A DNA stretch of 64,000 nucleotides from Candidatus Omnitrophota bacterium (GTDB taxonomy: Bacteria; Omnitrophota; Gorgyraeia; Gygaellales; Profunditerraquicolaceae), in assembly GCA_029571225.1 (NCBI GenBank), contig JAKPTF010000035.1, positions 145,925 through 209,924 on the forward strand, in the 5' to 3' direction. The notes beneath the pieces were generated by a model. The model did not search any database. It was not told where the DNA came from and saw nothing but the letters and a program-made list of their open reading frames with translations. Shown here piece after piece: positions 27,001-28,840 of this stretch; the stretch's first letter is position 1, and every line of letters begins with the position of its first letter. Position numbers and translations under genes: made by a program.

Positions 27001-28575
27001 TATCTCCTGCAGCGTCTTGTCTGCCAATGAAGCGAAGAAATTCAAATGCGCAGCCTCTGCTTCTTCTTCCGTATATGTCACGACATCCGTTTCGGCTTCA
27101 GGATTGAATCTATTTAAGGTCTGAACGAAATCTCCGGTTGTATCTTTGTTGATATCGCTATTCTTGATCGCGTCTACGGGTTCCTTGTCATATTCTGCGG
27201 AAGCCGGGATCTGGACCTGATTGTCCTGATCGCGCATGAACCTGTCAGCTAAAGAGCTGAATGCGTCATTAACGGTTCCTCTGCTCCGGAACGCAATGTT
27301 CTTTTCAGTCAAAGGATTGGCCTGTTGACCTGATATTTTTTCGATAATCGATTCTTTTGCAGGGGCTGCAGCCACATCACCTGTTGTTATAGATTCATGA
27401 GTCGGATCAAAGATACGGTTGCCGTTATTGATTTCGGTTTCCTTATAACGGTTGATCAGGTCGGATGTTGATTGCTGAATTGATTTCGGCGTGGTTGTTA
27501 CGCTGACCTTCACATCAGACAGGTCAATTGCCTGGCTGGCTGCCTGTGGTATTGCCGGAACAGAACCTTGCTCAACATAAGAATCCGCGGTTGTGTAATT
27601 GAACGTACGGGACTCATAATTGCCGAATGTTGAATTGTTAACCATAATATCGATTGTATTCGTGCCACAGCAATACTGATACTGCGTTTGAAACCGGCTG
27701 GAAAGCGTGAAATCTCCGGTATTGGATCCTATAATAGTGGAAGACGTGGTTCCGGTAAAATTCTCTGTGACCTGGAACCTGGTTGACAGGGAAGTCTGAT
27801 ATTCGCCAAGCGTATTCTGCCTTTGAGCCAGCAAATCAGAAATTGTTACGCTTCTGGGAGAAATTTCACCTGACATCGCGCTAAATCTGCTTAAAAGCGA
27901 CGAATCAGTTGAAAGCTTGTCCTGCATGCTTGAGAGCTTGCTCAATTCAGAAGTCTGATATTCTCCGATCAATGACTGCTTTTGTGCAAGGAAATCAGTT
28001 ACTGATACGGTTTTCGCGGAAATATTAGCTACAGTCGGCATCTCAGGAGTGAAGGTTCCGGTTGATCTATTGGCAAGACTGTCCTGTATGCTTGCCAGCC
28101 TATCTGTATAGGAAACAGTATTTACAGATCCCGATAATCTCGAATCCAGCACTGATTGGTAAGTTGGGTTCGAATAGGTCTGTGAAGAATACGATGGAGC
28201 TGAAAATGAAGGTGCTGAATACGAAGGCGCTGAATACGAAGGTGCTGAATATGAAGGCGCTGAATAGCCTCCTGAATTAAATCGTTCAGTGGCTGCCGCA
28301 CTAATAGACTCAAAATTTGACCCGTAACTTGAGCTAAAATCAAACGCATACGCATCAGGAGCTAAAAAGCGAGTGATACGGTTAAGAAATCCTGATACGG
28401 TATCCTTGAGAGTTCCTTGATCTGGTTTTTGATACGGTTGCTGATTGGTGAGATTATTAGGCAAGGAGATCCTGTAGTCATTTCTCGCAGCCCAACCAAA
28501 ATCAGAGGACAAAAATACTCCAATCATGGTGAATGCTACGACCTTAAACCACAGTTTTTTGCGCCAATTATACAT
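1..28575 (-). CDS. Giant multi-domain membrane/surface protein, 5' portion only (>=9,525 codons; the stop lies beyond the left window edge)
   Basis: ATG at 28573-28575 (minus), translating [29 protein letters not shown]... Every minus-strand ORF in the track between 1 and 28,600 ends at a coordinate with mod 3 = 1 or 2, so none shares the frame of 28575 (mod 3 = 0). A stop in that frame would have produced a listed ORF. I codon-checked about 4 kb and found no in-frame TTA/CTA/TCA on the plus strand (lines 1-180, 9121-11340, 27270-28575, plus spot checks at 4381, 4681, 6181, 8641, 12361-12540, 16681, 17221-17400, 20401, 26221 and 26461). The rest was read less carefully. The track also omits the edge-truncated ORF at 63707. 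Confidence 0.85.
   Translation of the reverse strand, partial: [9525 protein letters not shown]
4150..5000 (-). other. Clan GH-A (GH2/GH5-like TIM-barrel) glycoside hydrolase-like domain within the giant ORF (limits approximate)
   Basis: Same-frame translation gives [22 protein letters not shown] (from 4758 downward; Glu of GNE at 4711-4713). It also gives [13 protein letters not shown] (Glu at 4399-4401), 104 residues later. This is the acid/base NE plus nucleophile E pattern of clan GH-A. Confidence 0.6.
9392..9685 (-). CDS. Nested small ORF B (97 aa, unknown function), in the +1 frame relative to the giant ORF
   Basis: ATG at 9683-9685 with GGAGGTG 5 nt upstream; TAA at 9392-9394. Translation: MVNFATGQSVTLKHLVVFDNESKIFAAGREQFGAKHVIRLYLLNERTGEVYTRNGRT... 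It is a paralogue of 10613..10900. The track lists a 5'-extended version starting at 9727. Confidence 0.7.
   Translation of the reverse strand: MVNFATGQSVTLKHLVVFDNESKIFAAGREQFGAKHVIRLYLLNERTGEVYTRNGRTETWQIISDEQLRQHVAEHVRGAFHSHHIPVYKIHGEFNLA
9965..10209. repeat. Tandem array of four long hairpins with a conserved 16-nt apex and unit-specific covarying outer stems
   Basis: The apex ACCTGCCACGGTAGGT occurs at 9985-10000, 10054-10069 and 10121-10136; a variant ...GGTAGAT is at 10180-10195. The outer stems differ between units: GCCGCT 9965-9970 / AGCGGC 10013-10018 (plus ATTCT 9976-9980 / AGAAT 10001-10005); ATGCCGTCC 10029-10037 / GGACGGCAT 10078-10086; GCTGTCCCATC 10097-10107 / GATGGGACAGC 10143-10153; GTGCCTTC 10164-10171 / GAAGGCAC 10202-10209. 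Unit spacing is 69/67/59 nt. Confidence 0.75.
10613..10900 (-). CDS. Nested small ORF A (95 aa, unknown function), in the +1 frame relative to the giant ORF
   Basis: ATG at 10898-10900 with GGAGGTG 5 nt upstream; TGA at 10613-10615. Translation: MVNFTTGQSITLKHLVVFENGNKLFAAGREQFGNKHILRLYLLNESTGEVFTRNGRT... In the first 57 aligned codons versus ORF B, 17 codons encode the same residue but differ by a synonymous third-base change. Confidence 0.7.
   Translation of the reverse strand: MVNFTTGQSITLKHLVVFENGNKLFAAGREQFGNKHILRLYLLNESTGEVFTRNGRTDKWNSVWGEYRQHIVEHVHGAYDHRNIPVYRIHGSFNA
12370..12545 (-). other. Transglutaminase-like / papain-fold Cys-His-Asp core within the giant ORF
   Basis: Translation gives [20 protein letters not shown] (Cys 12529-12531). 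It continues ...[27 protein letters not shown] (His 12424-12426, Asp 12376-12378). Spacing is C-35 aa-H-16 aa-D. Confidence 0.45.
15400..17400 (-). other. Divergent SecA-like DEAD/P-loop ATPase domain within the giant ORF (limits approximate)
   Basis: [33 protein letters not shown] has Walker A GTGEGKT at 17245-17265; compare SecA ...[30 protein letters not shown] (16681-16740) resembles the SecA Walker-B region [16 protein letters not shown]. Confidence 0.65.
24790..25800 (-). repeat. Four in-frame tandem ~97-101-aa repeats, each carrying an EF-hand/dockerin-like Ca-binding loop
   Basis: Repeat landmarks at 24841, 25132, 25426 and 25729 give periods of 291, 294 and 303 bp, all multiples of 3. 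The encoded loops are [54 protein letters not shown] and [17 protein letters not shown]. The antisense track ORFs 24982..25323 and 25345..25686 mirror this repeat. Confidence 0.7.
26190..26530 (-). other. C39-like (papain-fold) cysteine peptidase domain within the giant ORF
   Basis: [20 protein letters not shown] has its Cys at 26491-26493. [20 protein letters not shown] has its His at 26239-26241. C-to-H spacing is 84 aa, and the HFVAV motif is typical of the C39 family. Confidence 0.55.
28183..28268 (-). repeat. 15-bp in-frame microsatellite-like repeat encoding (SAPSY)n near the N-terminus
   Basis: Minus-strand translation gives [30 protein letters not shown]. On the plus strand this reads as repeated gaaggYgctgaataY. 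Confidence 0.85.
28489..28575 (-). other. N-terminal signal peptide / signal anchor of the giant protein
   Basis: [29 protein letters not shown]: a basic n-region, a hydrophobic core and an A-x-A-like end. Confidence 0.7.
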
Positions 28576-28592
28576 TGGCTTCTTCCCCTTGT

Positions 28593-28720
28593 AAATAGAA
28601 AAGCCGAGTACCTTTTTTCGGTAACTCGGCTATCCTAAGATGGTTTCTCTGCATCCGGCAGAGTCAGGACCCGTGGCTTTGCGCCCCCCGATTACTCGAG
28701 GTTTGCCTTTATCGTTCAAG
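28593..28720 (-). promoter_or_regulatory. c-di-GMP-I (GEMM-I)-like riboswitch plus intrinsic terminator, leader of the giant gene (copy 1)
   Basis: Minus-strand RNA: GAUAAAGGCAAACCUCGA-GUAA-UCGGGGGGCGCAAAGCCACGGGUCC...GGAUAGCCGAGUUACCGAAAAAAGG. This matches the GEMM-I blocks of V. cholerae Vc2: GGCAAACC, a GNRA-capped hairpin, GACGCAAAGCC and UAGCGGGGUUACCGA. The terminator AGCCGAGUUACC...GGUACUCGGCU plus UUUUCUAUUU lies at 28593-28631. Confidence 0.8.
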
Positions 28721-28775
28721 TCTGACTTCAGAAACACATTTCTAAAAGATTATAAAAATCTAAATTTCCATCTCA

Positions 28776-28835
28776 AGTATATATAATAAACACGAGGTTG
28801 TCAAGATACAATAACTAACTTTTTTATCTGTTTAC
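28776..28835 (-). promoter_or_regulatory. Promoter of the giant gene with the conserved upstream box
   Basis: On the minus strand: box GTAAACAGATAAAAAAGTT (28817-28835), -35 TTGACA (28799-28804), a 17-nt spacer, and -10 TATACT (28776-28781). Confidence 0.65.
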
Positions 28836-28840
28836 AGCGA

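Noticed and set aside
1-28600. The lack of any long ORF in the track over 28 kb suggested stop-codon reassignment, an alternative genetic code or a large non-coding region.
   Set aside because: One standard-code minus-strand frame is open throughout and translates to recognisable domains. Neighbouring genes terminate with TAA, TAG and TGA. The track simply omits ORFs without an in-window stop; the ORF at 63707 is also missing.
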